Part shown: one piece after another, positions 38,366-51,235 of the stretch
Layout of the letters: every line of letters begins with the position of its first letter
How positions within the stretch are numbered: position 1 is the first letter of the stretch
Assembly: GCA_034780895.1 (NCBI GenBank)
Contig: JAUZTB010000080.1
Coordinates: 7,655,347-7,719,346 of the forward strand
Source: Rhynchobatus australiae
Taxonomy: Eukaryota
Length of the DNA: 64,000 nucleotides
Direction: 5' to 3'
The notes under the pieces: model-generated
The model's database searches: none
Told to the model about the DNA's origin: nothing
Seen by the model: the letters and a program-made list of their open reading frames with translations, nothing else
Position numbers and translations under genes: made by a program

Positions 38366-39839
38366 ACTGTGAAGTAACTGCAAGGCATCATTTGCAGTTT
38401 AGTAAACACAGTTAGATAAGCCAATTCGTTACTCATTTCCAAACTATTCTGTTAAGACATTTTTTCTGCATTTATTCTATTGTTGGCAAGTCAGCAAGAA
38501 TTCTTCTCGCATAATAAAATTCAGCTCTGCAGTCATGCAACATCCTCAGTGGCTGAGCAAGCCTATGCAGAAAGCAGCTAAACCACAGAGATCTAAAAGA
38601 ATACATACTTGATTTCAATCTGTGCTATATTATCTGATTTTGGGAGTCACAATAAGGTACTTTGGCTGCACCCATGGGTTAAGGTTCTTTTTCTAGATCA
38701 CAATCAGTTTCTGGTTTAGCTGGAAGTCTAACAATTTCATACAGGAATAAAAACTGCTTGGAAATGATACAAAATAAACTTGTGGCTGCCTTGCAGCAAG
38801 GAGAACTACAGAGAGAAGCAGAATGGTGAGGCCCGAGAACTTCACACATAATTTCGACATTAACATTTGTGGCCTTCTCCAGGAGAAGATGACAGCAAAC
38901 TAAAAGCCAATCTAGTATTTCACATGGAATTAAAAGTTTCCAACAGATTATTTAGAGGTCTCCCAATGCCCTTGCTCAACAAATATCACATGTAGCCAAG
39001 GAAGCAGTATTTGATGTCGGATGCACTTGAGATTTAAAAAAAAATATTTCTTGGAAGTTAAGCAATTATGGCAGAAGAGGAAAGACATTCTAAAAGGTTT
39101 TATAGAAATGAAAATTCCATTTAGTATTTATAGGCAAGATTTTTAACTAGATTACAAAATAAAGATAAAGCCAAACAGCTAGATTCAAAAGCCACATAAT
39201 GAGACAATGATAAACTGGAGAAAACAATATTTTCACTACCACATTACATTGCAAGATGCAGCCAGATCATTGAGTAGTGATATGTGCATTGCAACTTTAT
39301 TAAACTGAAATTTTAAAAAATGGAATAGGATGTATCTAGGAAATTATTGATAACAAGGAATAATGTGGGGGAATGGAGAAAGTCTTTGGAATCTACAACA
39401 ATCAATGATGAGCCATTTAAAATCCAACTATATAACAATGAATACAGCTTTGAACATGATGAACAACAGAGAAATAGATAATATTTCTGATTATAAGTGT
39501 TTTATACACAAAAGCCTTCAAAATTTATTTACACTGCAGATCATCTTTGAGACAAACCTTATCTTGCTTTGGTCGTGTACCTGTTGCAGGAACGCCACGG
39601 AAAACTAGGAACAGCCATGCAATTCATTCCACTTGTTACCTTTGTATGGATTAGTATAATATCTAACGTAGTTCAAAAGTTTTATATCTGATCCATTCAT
39701 TGTCACTCAATGAATTACAAAAAATACAGGTTATCCATTGTAAGATTAATAGAACATCATTATATCCAATTACTGACTTGCTAGAAAATGGTCAATCATA
39801 GATGGCAGGCACCCAATAATTAAAGGGTGGTTTAATCTC

Positions 39840-40125
39840 TAAGGAGGATGTGATTGCATTGGAATGAGGAGCGCAGAGGAGATAAGGAGGTTGCTTAGAT
39901 TGGAGGACTTTAGTTATGGAGAGACTGGATAGGCGGGCTCGTTTTCTTTGGAGCGCAGGAGGCTAGGGGGTGACCAGATCTAGATATAAGATTATGACTA
40001 CATTTAAGAGACACAAGTAGGCAAGGCATCGAAGGATATGGTCCTAATGCAGCAAATGAGATTAGGGTAGATGGGCGAAGGGTCAGCCTAAGGGCCCATT
40101 TCTCTGTTGTACAACTCTGACTCTA
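39840..40125 (+). mobile_element. CR1 3' end
   Basis: AGGATGTGATTGCATTGGA...TTAGTTATGGAGAGACTGGATAGG...GAAGGATATGGTCCTAATGCAG...ACTCTGACTCTA tail. Confidence 0.8.
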
Positions 40126-40939
40126 CAAAAAAAGGTCTCAATTTAGTAGTCAAAATGAGAGTTGCTCTGAGAGGATGTGGCACAAAAAAAAATTTTTAAA
40201 AACNNNNNNNNNNNNNNNNNNACTTGACAATTATTATTATTGCTCACCATCACTTATTTGTTCAGAACATGGAAGATTGAAAAATGCTCACAGAAGCAAA
40301 TGCACAAAAAGGTGCCACACTTCTGCTTTCATTTTGCTGGACTTAGATAAATTTAATATTAGTCGTGAACACTTCTATATTTCACTTGACTTACACTTTC
40401 CACCATACTTTGCCAAAATGTGAATGTTCTGTTTGGCTTCAAGAATTAACCTACAATAGAAAACTTTTATTTTCCTACTAAGGACCAAAAGAATAACCTC
40501 TTCTGCTCAACAACGTTGTTAAACTTCCCTATTAAAACTATAAATACATTTCTTAAAAAAGACAAGAACTGCAAGTATATGCACAATTGCTTTACCTCAC
40601 TAACTTGAAGGTTTAAATAGAAATATATCGGTACTTGAAAAGTAATTGTATAACACGATGTTCTAAGATCATTGCAAATTCTGCTATGCAGAGTATCTGA
40701 ACAGCATGCACACTGCACAACTATAGTTATCTCTCCTCACTTGCTCATAGACTTGACTAGTTTTAGCACTATGTACTACGCAAAAAAGCATGACAAATAC
40801 AAGAGATGCTAATCAGCATTCGATTGTTGAGCAGCGCCTAATTGATCATGCACCCACAGATTCTGCTCAGTTCCGCAGCATGTGCTGCAACTCCAGTTGC
40901 CATCTCTCACGCCCAGCTCAGCTGCACTTCTGCCGCCCC

Positions 40940-41010
40940 AGGCTTTAGTTCTCTTCGTTTCTAGGAGACTGCTGACAGTTGCTAAGCAACCAGGCTAATA
41001 ATTAGCTCAA
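40940..41010. promoter_or_regulatory. candidate enhancer core with RFX X-box
   Basis: GTTGCTAAGCAAC at 40978-40990, a second X-box-like GTTTCTAGGAGAC, an adjacent TGACAG and the palindromic GCTAATAATTAGC, within a locally GC-richer unique segment. Confidence 0.45.
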
Positions 41011-41689
41011 AGCAGGCTAAACAGCTAGGCAGAATGCCAGTAGTGAACAACAGAAGATGATAAAAACAATTCTCCAAATGCATTGGCAGGATAAGTGAAC
41101 CAGCGTCAGCGTCCTCTCCCAAGCCAACATTTCCAGCGGAGGTTCTAATTGACTCCCATGGGTAAACCATGCAGTTCACATGCCTGATACCAGACTTCCA
41201 AAACAGACATGTATTCTGAGCTCCACTACAACAAAAAAATTACTTGGGGGACAGAGGGAAAGACCAAATGATCTCCTTTTAGAGAAAATATAACTACCCC
41301 ATGGATTTCAGGGAATTACTACTCAATGATAACTCAGAACAGTGAATGAACATGGCACCGAGAACAAGAGTCCATTCCTTGGAAACACAGAAGCCAAATC
41401 TAAATGAAGTGCACCCTCTCCCATACTATTCATATTCCTGCCCCCTTATGACAGTTTGCAGATCCCACATGCAGATGGTCACCCCAGAACAACCGATCCT
41501 CAGAGACAGCCTAAGTAGAAGAGTAGGCAAACAAGAACCAGAAGCAAACTTGAAATATGAGCAATAAATCCTTAAAGAAACCTCGTTGGGAAGACTGGAG
41601 GTTGATTTTTTTTAAAAAAATCAAAATACTGTTTGATATTGACCCCAAATTCATTTCCAAGTTGGCAACCCATATTGGCTGCTGGCGTG

Positions 41690-41980
41690 ACAATTAGGAT
41701 CCAGAAAGTAGCAGAGGCCATCTGACCCCAAGTCAAGGCTGATCATCTGCCTCAGCTCCACCACATCTCTCAATATCCAGAAATCAGTTTTGACTGAACT
41801 CCCATCACTAAGCCTCAAATCCCTGAAGGGCAGAGAATACCAAAGATTCACTACTACTTGCATGAAAAAAGGTCCCCATCTCAGTCCTAAATCTCAGACC
41901 TCTTATTTGGAGATTTTGACTTCCATGTTCTAAACTCATTAGCCAAGAGAAACATCATTCCCAATCCACCCTATTAGGCA
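41690..41980 (-). mobile_element. CR1 3' end
   Basis: CAGAAAGTAGCAGAGGCCATCTGACCCC...GGCAGAGAATACCAAAGATTCAC...CATCTCAGTCCTAAAT. Confidence 0.75.
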
Positions 41981-44900
41981 TGATTATCTTTGAAAGTACT
42001 ATTATAACATCGTCATCTTTGCAATGATCTCAATAAAAGGAACTGACCCTGGCTCTGGGAGCCCAGACAAGTCTAATCTCTTTTTGCTTGCTTATCCAAT
42101 TTGAATATTCAGGACCAGGAAAATAAAACAAAAGCAAAGTTACCACATCAGTGGTTATATCATACTTGTTTCCACACACCAAAAACTCGAAAATTGAGAG
42201 AGTTATGGGGCTCCATGCTCCATGACTTTGCTAGACCTGAGGTTCTCTTCCAAGCATCAAAGCTGAAAGTGCAAGTTCCAACCATCTTCAAAACAAGAAT
42301 GGATTTAAACATTTTTTTAAATGGGGAATAATGCAGCATACCATGTACTTCATATGCTACCTTAGGTGAGCAGCCTTTTACTGTTCCTTGTCTCCCAACC
42401 TCATATGATCAATTCCCAAATCAAAAATAGATAAAAAAACACTCAGATTCCTTCCTCATACAAATAATGACTGGAATTGTGACTCAGCTGAGTGGATGAA
42501 GGAAATCACGGTCCATCCGAAGATGAGGTTCCTTGAAATTTTTGAGATGAATATTCGTTTTGCAAGTGGTATGCAGAACCACAAATTACCTTTGTTCCAA
42601 ATCCAACCTCACTTTTCTCATCTTGAGCTGTATAAAAGATACAAATAAGAGCTTCCAAGGTGGGAAGGAAGCAATATGACTGAGTACTGTATGTCCAGGA
42701 TTTTGTGGTAGATGATTTTTTCTGATCTTCTCCTTCCTATACAGAAACTATAAAGCTAATTATTTTACTTACATCTTCAGCATCCTCCTACATCTTGTTT
42801 GGTCTCCACTATGTTAAGCAAATTATTTTCTTTCCCAGCAGTCTTGATGTTGTAAGGGAAACAGTGGTACTGTCATAGTTGTGGAATGTTAAGCTCCAAA
42901 CCCTGCACTGCTGACCAATGCAGTGTTAAGTATAACATCAATGGAAGTGCAAAGGATTTTTCTTATCTCGTTTGAATGCAATTAATCTTATACACCAATT
43001 GAAGTCATAGAACAGGAGTGAGAGTATAGGTTTAGAAAAAGTGAGCAATATTAAATATTCTACAGAAATTAGTAACTATACTGATTAGATTCTAGATCTC
43101 CAGATTATCATCTATTTTTCACTGCTAAATTTCCAGTGTACTCTTCTTAGAATATTCCTCCTCTATACATTATCATTCAAGCATTAAAGAGGAATTAGGT
43201 ATCCATTTTGCTACGTCACTCATGTCTAGACTAGTGCAACCTGAAGCACTGGTTCATGATATCATAAGATAATCAGTGTCAATACTGCGGTGTAGCTAAT
43301 GAGCAGAATTAATACATACTGGAGGTTTTGAAAAAAAATGACGACCTGCTGGTGCTTCATATGCAAGATTATAATATCCTCCAGTATTAGTAGGAGAAAA
43401 AAATTAAGCATTGAAACAATTAAAGAATGAAACTAATTAACATCAATATTTCCTGTACACTCAGTTAACATAACTAGAGTTGAATAGTTTTCCCAGTAAT
43501 AAAATATTCAAACGTAGAATCTACCCCAAAAAAGTCAACATANNNNNNNNNNNNNNNNNNNNNNNNNNNNNNNNNNNNNNNNNNNNNNNNNNNNNNNNNN
43601 NNNNNNNNNNNNNNNTCTGCCTCAGAAATTGTAAACATACTACAAAAAAAGTCGAAAAACAGTAAAATTATTTTGATATCTCGCAACACAAGGGTAACCA
43701 GACAAAGCAGTAGAAATTTTAGTTCAAGACGACAAAAGAAATACTGTTTCAGTTCAATTTTTTCTATAAAGAAATTTAATTCAACTGCTCTAAATGATCT
43801 TTTCAATTTTCCCTTAAAAATCTCACCTCAAATTTTTCCATGGCAGAGCACCATAATCACAAGCCTAAAATGGTGAAATAACCTCCTCTGCGCAAGTTCA
43901 AGATTTTAAAACTGCTTACTAATATTTTGAACAAATTCCATTAATACTTACAATGAGAAAATAACAGCAACACCTCACTATCTAAAACAAACTCAGTCTA
44001 AAATTGCAACAGTTCTTTTTTTTACCCCTAAATGCATATTCTAGAAAATGCAGTCCCTCAACAAGAGAAAAACTTGGAGGTCTAATATAGTACTGGAAAC
44101 ATTGCTGCTCATGATAGGGTGGCCCGAATATTGCAGCCAGGGATATTTTAAAAAGTGAATGTTATCTTGAAAGGTTTAACTGTATACAATCCAGGTCAAT
44201 GAAGTAGTGGCTATCTGCTAGTTTTGCCGTTGATTAGAGATCACGTTATTATTTTTAAAAATATAATTGACTTCAAGAAATTCTAAATTTGATCTTTTAA
44301 TGGTGTGGGGGTTTCCATTTTGAAACACTAATAATAGTTAAATGCAAAAAAGATAAATCTGTGACTATCAACTGAACTTGACAGACAAGTTTCCATACCA
44401 GTAAACCTCCTGAAGTACTGAGGATAATGATCATGTTAACTTGGACTGTTCTTTTAAGAGGCAAATCAAGGCATCTACAAGTTGTAAATTTTTTAGGTCA
44501 TTGCAATATCTTGTAAATTCCAGGCATCTCTTTAGCAGCAGGTTATGTGGATTGGTTTGAGAGAATGGTAGGATAGTTTCTGCTCCTGATCAATCTATGA
44601 TTACTACTGGAAAAATACATGCTTGGAAATAACAAATGCAGGAGTGAAGTCAAATCAATATTTCTTATTTATTGGGTTGGATTTCCAGAAGCACGTTGTA
44701 CCTCGGTTTTTTTTCGTGAAAGAGTACCTCTTCTGTAATCTATCCTGGAAGTTGAACACTGGCTTTGAATCTTCACCATCCCAATCCCTAAAAACTGAAA
44801 AGTTGTGTTAAAAATGCAGCATCCCAGTTCACCATTCCTCCTAAAAGTTGTATGAGCTTCCAGCATAATTAACTGATATTTGACAAATATACAAATTCTT

Positions 44901-47271
44901 TCCATCAAGCAGCATCAACACTACTTCCTAAATTCCTAATTATAATCCCAGTGAAATCAGCAAAAAAAAAAGAAAAACANNNNNNNNNNNNNNNNNNNNN
45001 NNNNNNNNNNNNNNNNNNNNNNNNNNNNNNNNNNNNNNNNNNNNNNNNNNNNNNNNNNNNNNNNNNNNNNNNNNNNNNNNNNNNNNNNNNNNNNNNNNNN
45101 NNNNNNNNNNNNNNNNNNNNNNNNNNNNNNNNNNNNNNNNNNNNNNNNNNNNNNNNNNNNNNNNNNNNNNNNNNNNNNNNNNNNNNNNNNNNNNNNNNNN
45201 ATAGTGCAAGAATTATGAATATATTCAATGGCTCATATCCTTCCCCACCTGTAAACACTACTGCACCACACCGGCAAAAATAAATTTGAAATGGTTAACT
45301 TAGAACTTCAACACCATGCTATTTATTCTAATCATTATATCAAAAAAGTTTCCCAAGAAATGAAGAGCAAGCACCCCAAAGTCTGGAGAAAATGTATCCT
45401 TCTTCCTCAACTCTTCATATAACACAATACATACACAACATGCCTGTTAGCTAATTAGTGAGCATACTACAAAAAAAAAGATATTCTATCTTAAATTTAT
45501 ATGGGGTTTAGAGAGAAGAGCAAGTTGTGTAATCTTTACTCAAAGATTTCGTAGGACCTGGTTAACCATGCAATAACAAAATTATCAATTCGCTGGTAAC
45601 TCAAGTTCTTTTACACAAGCCATTATTTACCAGCACTTCAAAAGTGCTCCCCAAATGATTTACGAGTGTCATTTTAAATGCAAGAACAATAATAGCACAT
45701 AAAATATGATTTACTAACAGTGATGTGCTGTTCAGTCCACTGGAATCTATTCAGAAATATTTCTTTTCCCCTTCACCTTTCCTAATCACAACAGAAACCT
45801 CATTACTCAAAGTATACCCAAACAGTGAAAAATTCTGGTTTTATTGTAAATGTATCTGCTCACAAGATGATAATCTGGACATTTACTTAACCTCTCTCTT
45901 GCCTCTGGGCACATAGAATGCAAAGAGATCATTTCCCTATACTGTGTTTTATATGCATCTTGCTCAGAAATTGTAGAAAATAAATGTACATGAACTATAA
46001 TCATTAGATCATTTACAGTATAAACATGCTGCTAATATGCAATTTGTGGTTTTCTCATAAGACTTAGTTGTTCAACAATCTTCAAAGCCTCTGGAGCCAA
46101 ATTAACAAATCACTAGGTGATTTGGCTTGGGAAAGTCGATTGACACATATGAAAATGGCAATTTTTACACTCACGTGGGTAAAAATCATCACAGGAAACT
46201 TTAAATCTCAATTCAAACGAGATGTTAGGTCACTAAAATCTGTGCTAAAAACCCTCCAATTCATCAAGAGAGCAGATGAGCACAAATGAGGCATTTGTTA
46301 ATAAATACCTTGGCCAAGGGCAAATCAAAATGTAAAGTTCTGCCTCGTGGGTGACGAAAGCAATTGCAAAGAATGCTGTTTGAGAAAATTAATTATTGCA
46401 AAAACTTTTGCAGCATTCCAAAAGCATTTTTTTTTAAAAATGAGCTTGCATTTAAATAGCACTGATTCCTACCTCAGGAATTCATGTAGCCAATCACAGC
46501 TAATGAAGTACTTTTATCCCATTTGTCTGGTCAAAGGTCACCTCTACAAAATGTTACCAATTAACCAGTTTTGTGGGTTTATTTAAAATCATGTGATTGT
46601 GATGTTAACATCGCTTTTAATACCTGGAAGTATTAACAATCATAATATGTAATGTGTCTCTCAAGTGGATACTGGGGTTAGCTTTCAATGGTACCTGTAC
46701 AAAGAATTAATTGTACATTGTCTTTTATCAACATCATCCAGCTTTAGATTTGAACTGACAGTTTGCAAAATTTAAAATGATATAGTCATATTATGGAATT
46801 TATTTTAAATTGAAACATCCCACTAAAATGAAAGCCTGAAGTAGCTAACAGAAAAGTTGAAGGATCCTACATTAATAATGTTGAAAAGATCCTTTAATAA
46901 CATAATTTTAAACTGGTATTACAAAAGCAAAGTATTATATATCTGTATATTTTATTTTTTTCCAAAAATCACAAATACAATTAATGTGAAATCTACGGGG
47001 AATTAAGTCATTCACAGAATTATTGTAAAACTTAACATGTGGAAAATATATTTTTGACATGCCCCAACAGCATTAATAATCACAGACCAAAGCTTCAAAG
47101 ATCTAAAATAGGAAAGTAGTTGTCACATTGAAATTTCATGTTACTTATGTATTATTTTGGACAGCTATCAAAATGAAAATAAATAAGTATCAAAAACATT
47201 CCTGAAAAACAACAAAAAAAATCCAACTTTACCTCATGATTAGTGTTATTGGAAGAGATAGATATATATAG

Positions 47272-47272
<1 letters not shown>

Positions 47273-47318
<46 letters not shown>
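47273..47318. repeat. (TG)23 microsatellite
   Basis: perfect TG run, preceded by short GA and TA dinucleotide runs. Confidence 0.95.
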
Positions 47319-47322
<4 letters not shown>

Positions 47323-48930
47323 AAAACACACATACACACACTGCAGACACTACATACTTTCTGCAGTGGTTATTCAAGTATGATCATAGATCACGTCAAC
47401 ATAGGCTGTAATATGAAATAGTAACGCAAAAGGTCAAAATGAGTGAAGCATGAATAGTTATGTTACCACTAAATGAATACATTTACCACACTGTCATAGC
47501 CAAACTTCCAGGTTTCTAAATTATAAAAGGTGTACTATATGGTATGACAAATCATTCTAGAAGATTCTTAAATGCAGTTTGATGTTATTTTTAAAAATGG
47601 CTTCTCACGGTGTTTTGCTTTGGCATGGAAGATGCAGAAGAGGAAAACTCAATAGCACCAGTACAAATTATTTTAAAAATTGTGTTTGGCTGTGTTACAA
47701 AACATTGGATAAAGCAGAAGGCATGTCAAAGGATTTCCCAAAAAATTCAAACATAGAAAGGAAGGACACTAGCCAAAAAATTGAGTCAACTTAAAAAACA
47801 TACAAAAGCAACATTTAGAATTCAATAGGCGATCTGGCCTTTGTATTATGAAGCCAAATGACAGATGATGTGTGCAATGCATGATGAAAAAATACCACAT
47901 GGGAAGACTCAAATGAGAAGATCCTGGAGGCTTGAGAGAGACTGCAGCTTTGAAGACTGTGTTGAGGATCTGGCACCAGCATAAACATTAAGAGGAAAAA
48001 TGAGTGTGTGGTCAACTGGCAAAGGAAGTTTAAGAAAATTACTAACTGAAATACCAGTCAAACATTAAGAACTCTGGTCTAATATTTAAATATAAAACTT
48101 TATTGGCAGCAAGATATAATAAAAAAGTTAAAGCATAACAAGTTTAAACTAAAAAGTCTTAACTACATAAAATTAGCAAACACCCGCCTTCTTCCCACAA
48201 CCCGTCCCACCCCCCCTCCAAAATTCTATGATGGCTGCAAAACTGTGAGGGGTATGGTTCATCTATTCCAAATACAAAGCAAATTGCCATCAAATCCACA
48301 GTATTCTTTGTTCTGGAGTTGCCTGGATTTCAAAATTTGCAGAAAATTCCTTTTCAAAATTTAACTACTGAACAGCCCACTCTCCCACCATCCAACACAA
48401 AAGGAATCCAGCTTCTTTCTCTGTCTGGTAATAGAGATTGAGTAAACCAATAATTGTCAATCCCCTCACCATCTTTGCAAACAAATCTGAAAATGGCCAC
48501 AATTATTACTTACCAGGGAGAAGTAATAAAAAGGTACATATTTGCACCAGTTGAGAATGGGTTAAGTCCTGTGAATGTCACATTAACACTCAACCACATT
48601 AAGCGGTCTTCATTTGACTTTAACAGCCATTTTCATAGTCCCAAATCCTAGAATTCTGCTTAAGTAGGCGCTGAACCTCCATTTAGCAGCCATTTTGGTC
48701 CTTCTGAAGGGTTCCAGTGGACTAAATTCAAAACAGTTTTGCAAGAAACATCGCAGAACATTTCATGATATACATGCAGCAAAATATTGCTACGATTAAA
48801 TTTAAGAAGATTTTACACTTAAAATCAGCATAAGAACTCAAAAAAATGGAAAAGAAAGAAAGAAACAGGAGAGAAAAACTAGCTGATGTTGGTTAGAGAT
48901 AAAAAGCAAAAGATACTTAATATTGCTTAC

Positions 48931-49040
48931 CTGCTTATAAAAGTTGATATGTGATATTTGCACTTCCTTAAATAAACCACAGGAACTTGCTCAAGGCATT
49001 TTTGTATGAGTGGGAAACAGCCACAACAATTGTCAGCCAT
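48931..49040 (-). CDS. candidate coding part or uORF of an alternative first exon: MADNCCGCFPLIQKCLEQVPVVYLRKCKYHISTFIS(R), phase-2 donor
   Basis: ATG in strong context (CAAAATGG), 36 open codons, then donor CAG|GTAAGC; lies just downstream of a TATA box; host gene not recognised. Confidence 0.45.
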
Positions 49041-49091
49041 TTTGAGGTTGCCGAGACACAGACAGCTGAGGTTACTGTAGCTTCATCCTCA

Positions 49092-49104
49092 CTTTATATA
49101 TAAA
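49092..49104 (-). promoter_or_regulatory. TATA box of candidate internal promoter
   Basis: TATATAAAG on the minus strand, within the palindrome TTTATATATAAA; about 30 bp upstream of a pyrimidine-A initiator-like CTCAGC (about 49067). Confidence 0.55.
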
Positions 49105-49189
49105 ACAGTTACTTCTCTACAGAGACTTGTTAGAAAATGGTTTCCTACCCTGCATCATCTCCCTTCAATGATTCATTCACTTTAGCTTT

Positions 49190-49384
49190 GGTGTGGGTGT
49201 GAATGTTGGGGCGTGTGTGTATATATGTTACACAATATTCTTTGCCTGCTACAGTCAGATAGCTGCAAGCACACAACCACATAACAACAACAACAGGACT
49301 TACCAGCAGACAGCAAGCTCTGATTGTTGGGTGTGCAACTACAGCATAGCAGATGTGTCTAGAGGCGGCCCCACACTGACGTCA
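49190..49384. promoter_or_regulatory. proximal promoter motifs: full CRE plus GT/GC boxes
   Basis: TGACGTCA at 49377-49384 with intact CpG, GGGGCGTG at 49208-49215, GGGTGTG at about 49195 and 49329. Confidence 0.55.
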
Positions 49385-51139
49385 ACTGCCTGTCAGTCAC
49401 ACTAGGCAATTAGCAAACAGGATTCTACAGTGCAAGTTTACTTGCTGCTTCCTCGAAATCCAGGCCAGAGATTCCAAGATGCCAGAGCGAGCCAGACGGC
49501 TATTAGAACCACCAGGCACCAGAGGGAGGGGAAAAAAAACAAAAGAAGCCCCACTTCAAGAACATACAGGAGGAAATTGCCAGAATGCAAGATCTGTCTC
49601 AGCCCTTGAACCTATTATTTGAATATATTATGCACCATAATATATGAATGACTCCCATCTTTTCCAAATCACTTTTTCTAAACATTTATTCATTTAAAAG
49701 TCAATTTTAATACCAAATTTTCTTCTTGTCCAGCNNNNNNNNNNNNNNNNNNNNNNNNNNNNNNNNNNNNNNNNNNNNNNNNNNNNNNNNNNNNAACTTA
49801 AGAAAAATATAATGTTACACTATCAAAGTATTTTGAGATTCAATTATTATAGCAAATGACACCCCAACCAACTCAAATCTTATCTACATCATACTTTCAT
49901 CACTGGTACAATAATCATTATTAAAATATTAAAATTAGAAGTTCAAACTATTATATTCTCTCTCTGTATTCCATTTCCTCCTTACTATATTAAGCACACA
50001 GCCAGCAGCACAATCTGCTTTTCATTTCACTGGATTTCACTGGTGAGAAAGATCTAGATGACTCACGCTCACAGCACCCGTCAGTTATAACATCTTCACA
50101 ATTGTGAAATAAAGTAGACTGTGGTCATCATGCATTATCCTCTGTACATGCACATGTGTTCTCTATGTGTGATATTCTTTATAATTTGCATAGTAAATAT
50201 ATTCATGCACATTTTTTAAAAAATGTGTTCAACGTCATGTCTCATTACAACTCAAGAAATATACAAAAAAAATCAACAGCACCAGTTACATTACTGTATC
50301 AAAAGGCAATATAGGAGTTCTAATGTTTCATTGTAAAATTGGAGTCACAAACGAGTAATGGATAACGCTACGCCAAAAGAGAAAAGTGTACTGGGTACAG
50401 AACTAGAGAGTTGCAAGGTCAATTGAAAGACATTGGTGAAAACACTGTAGGACTTGGAATATTAGTCCTCTGTGTAAGAAAAAAAATGTTGAAATATTAT
50501 TGATATAGTAACAATCACATTGCAAATTACTGCAGATCATTTAAGAAATAGAAATCTGAAATGAATGTCAAACTGGATAGTGAGCTTTTCTATGGGTGTG
50601 GGTGGAACTGATAAAATAGATGCACATAAAACAATACATACAAAAATAAATTTACTCAAGACAGACAAAGTATTTTTATTCTTTGCCTCCCGAGATTGTA
50701 AAGCAAAGGAAATCTTAAAAATGATAGGGTAGTTTTGTTCCATATTTCTAAAAACCTATCCAAAGTACTGCACAAACCGCCCCTACCCCCTCAGGGTATT
50801 TATCCATACCATCAGGAATTTTTAAATAGATAGTAAGTAAAATCTACTTTTTTTAAACCTAGCCATGAAAAACATGCAAGATGTTAGATTCTCAGAGAAT
50901 ATCAAAAATAATACCAGCAATGTCCTTCACTATCATGACACACATCACACTGCATACTTTATGAATTTAATAGCTTTCCTGCGAGATCGATGCTCTAATT
51001 ATAAGAATGGAGAGATCCTCTTGCACACATTCATATTTTTGTGCGTGAAACAGACTAGATCAAGGCAGGTAGAGAAAGGAAGCATCTAGGGTTCTAAGAG
51101 ATTCTAGTCACATGATTCCAGCTGCTAAACTCTTTGTAT

Positions 51140-51235
51140 AATGGAGGAAGTCAGAGTACCAGCAGAGTGCACAAAATGGCTGCCTTGTCTGCACTGCAGA
51201 GAGCTACTATCTCAGGGGCCCACGTCATAAATGGG
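51140..51235. promoter_or_regulatory. candidate enhancer (ETS + YY1 + CRE/UPRE-like)
   Basis: GAGGAAGT, CAAAATGGCTGCC (51172-51184) and CCACGTCA, which is TGACGTGG on the minus strand (51220-51227). Confidence 0.4.

Noticed and set aside
38780-39640. Possible very old L1/Tx1-like ORF2 relic
   Set aside because: Only faint motif resemblance (WSC, GGL-like); too degraded to call by eye
42590-42627. 38-nt minus-strand segment with AG/GT boundaries
   Set aside because: Splice signals are only moderate and there is no other support; such pseudo-exons are common in large introns
49193-49405. Plus-strand ORF containing IFFACY, reminiscent of the DLG2 alpha N-terminus MFFACY
   Set aside because: No ATG at that position, the following residues do not match, and it overlaps promoter motifs; coincidence
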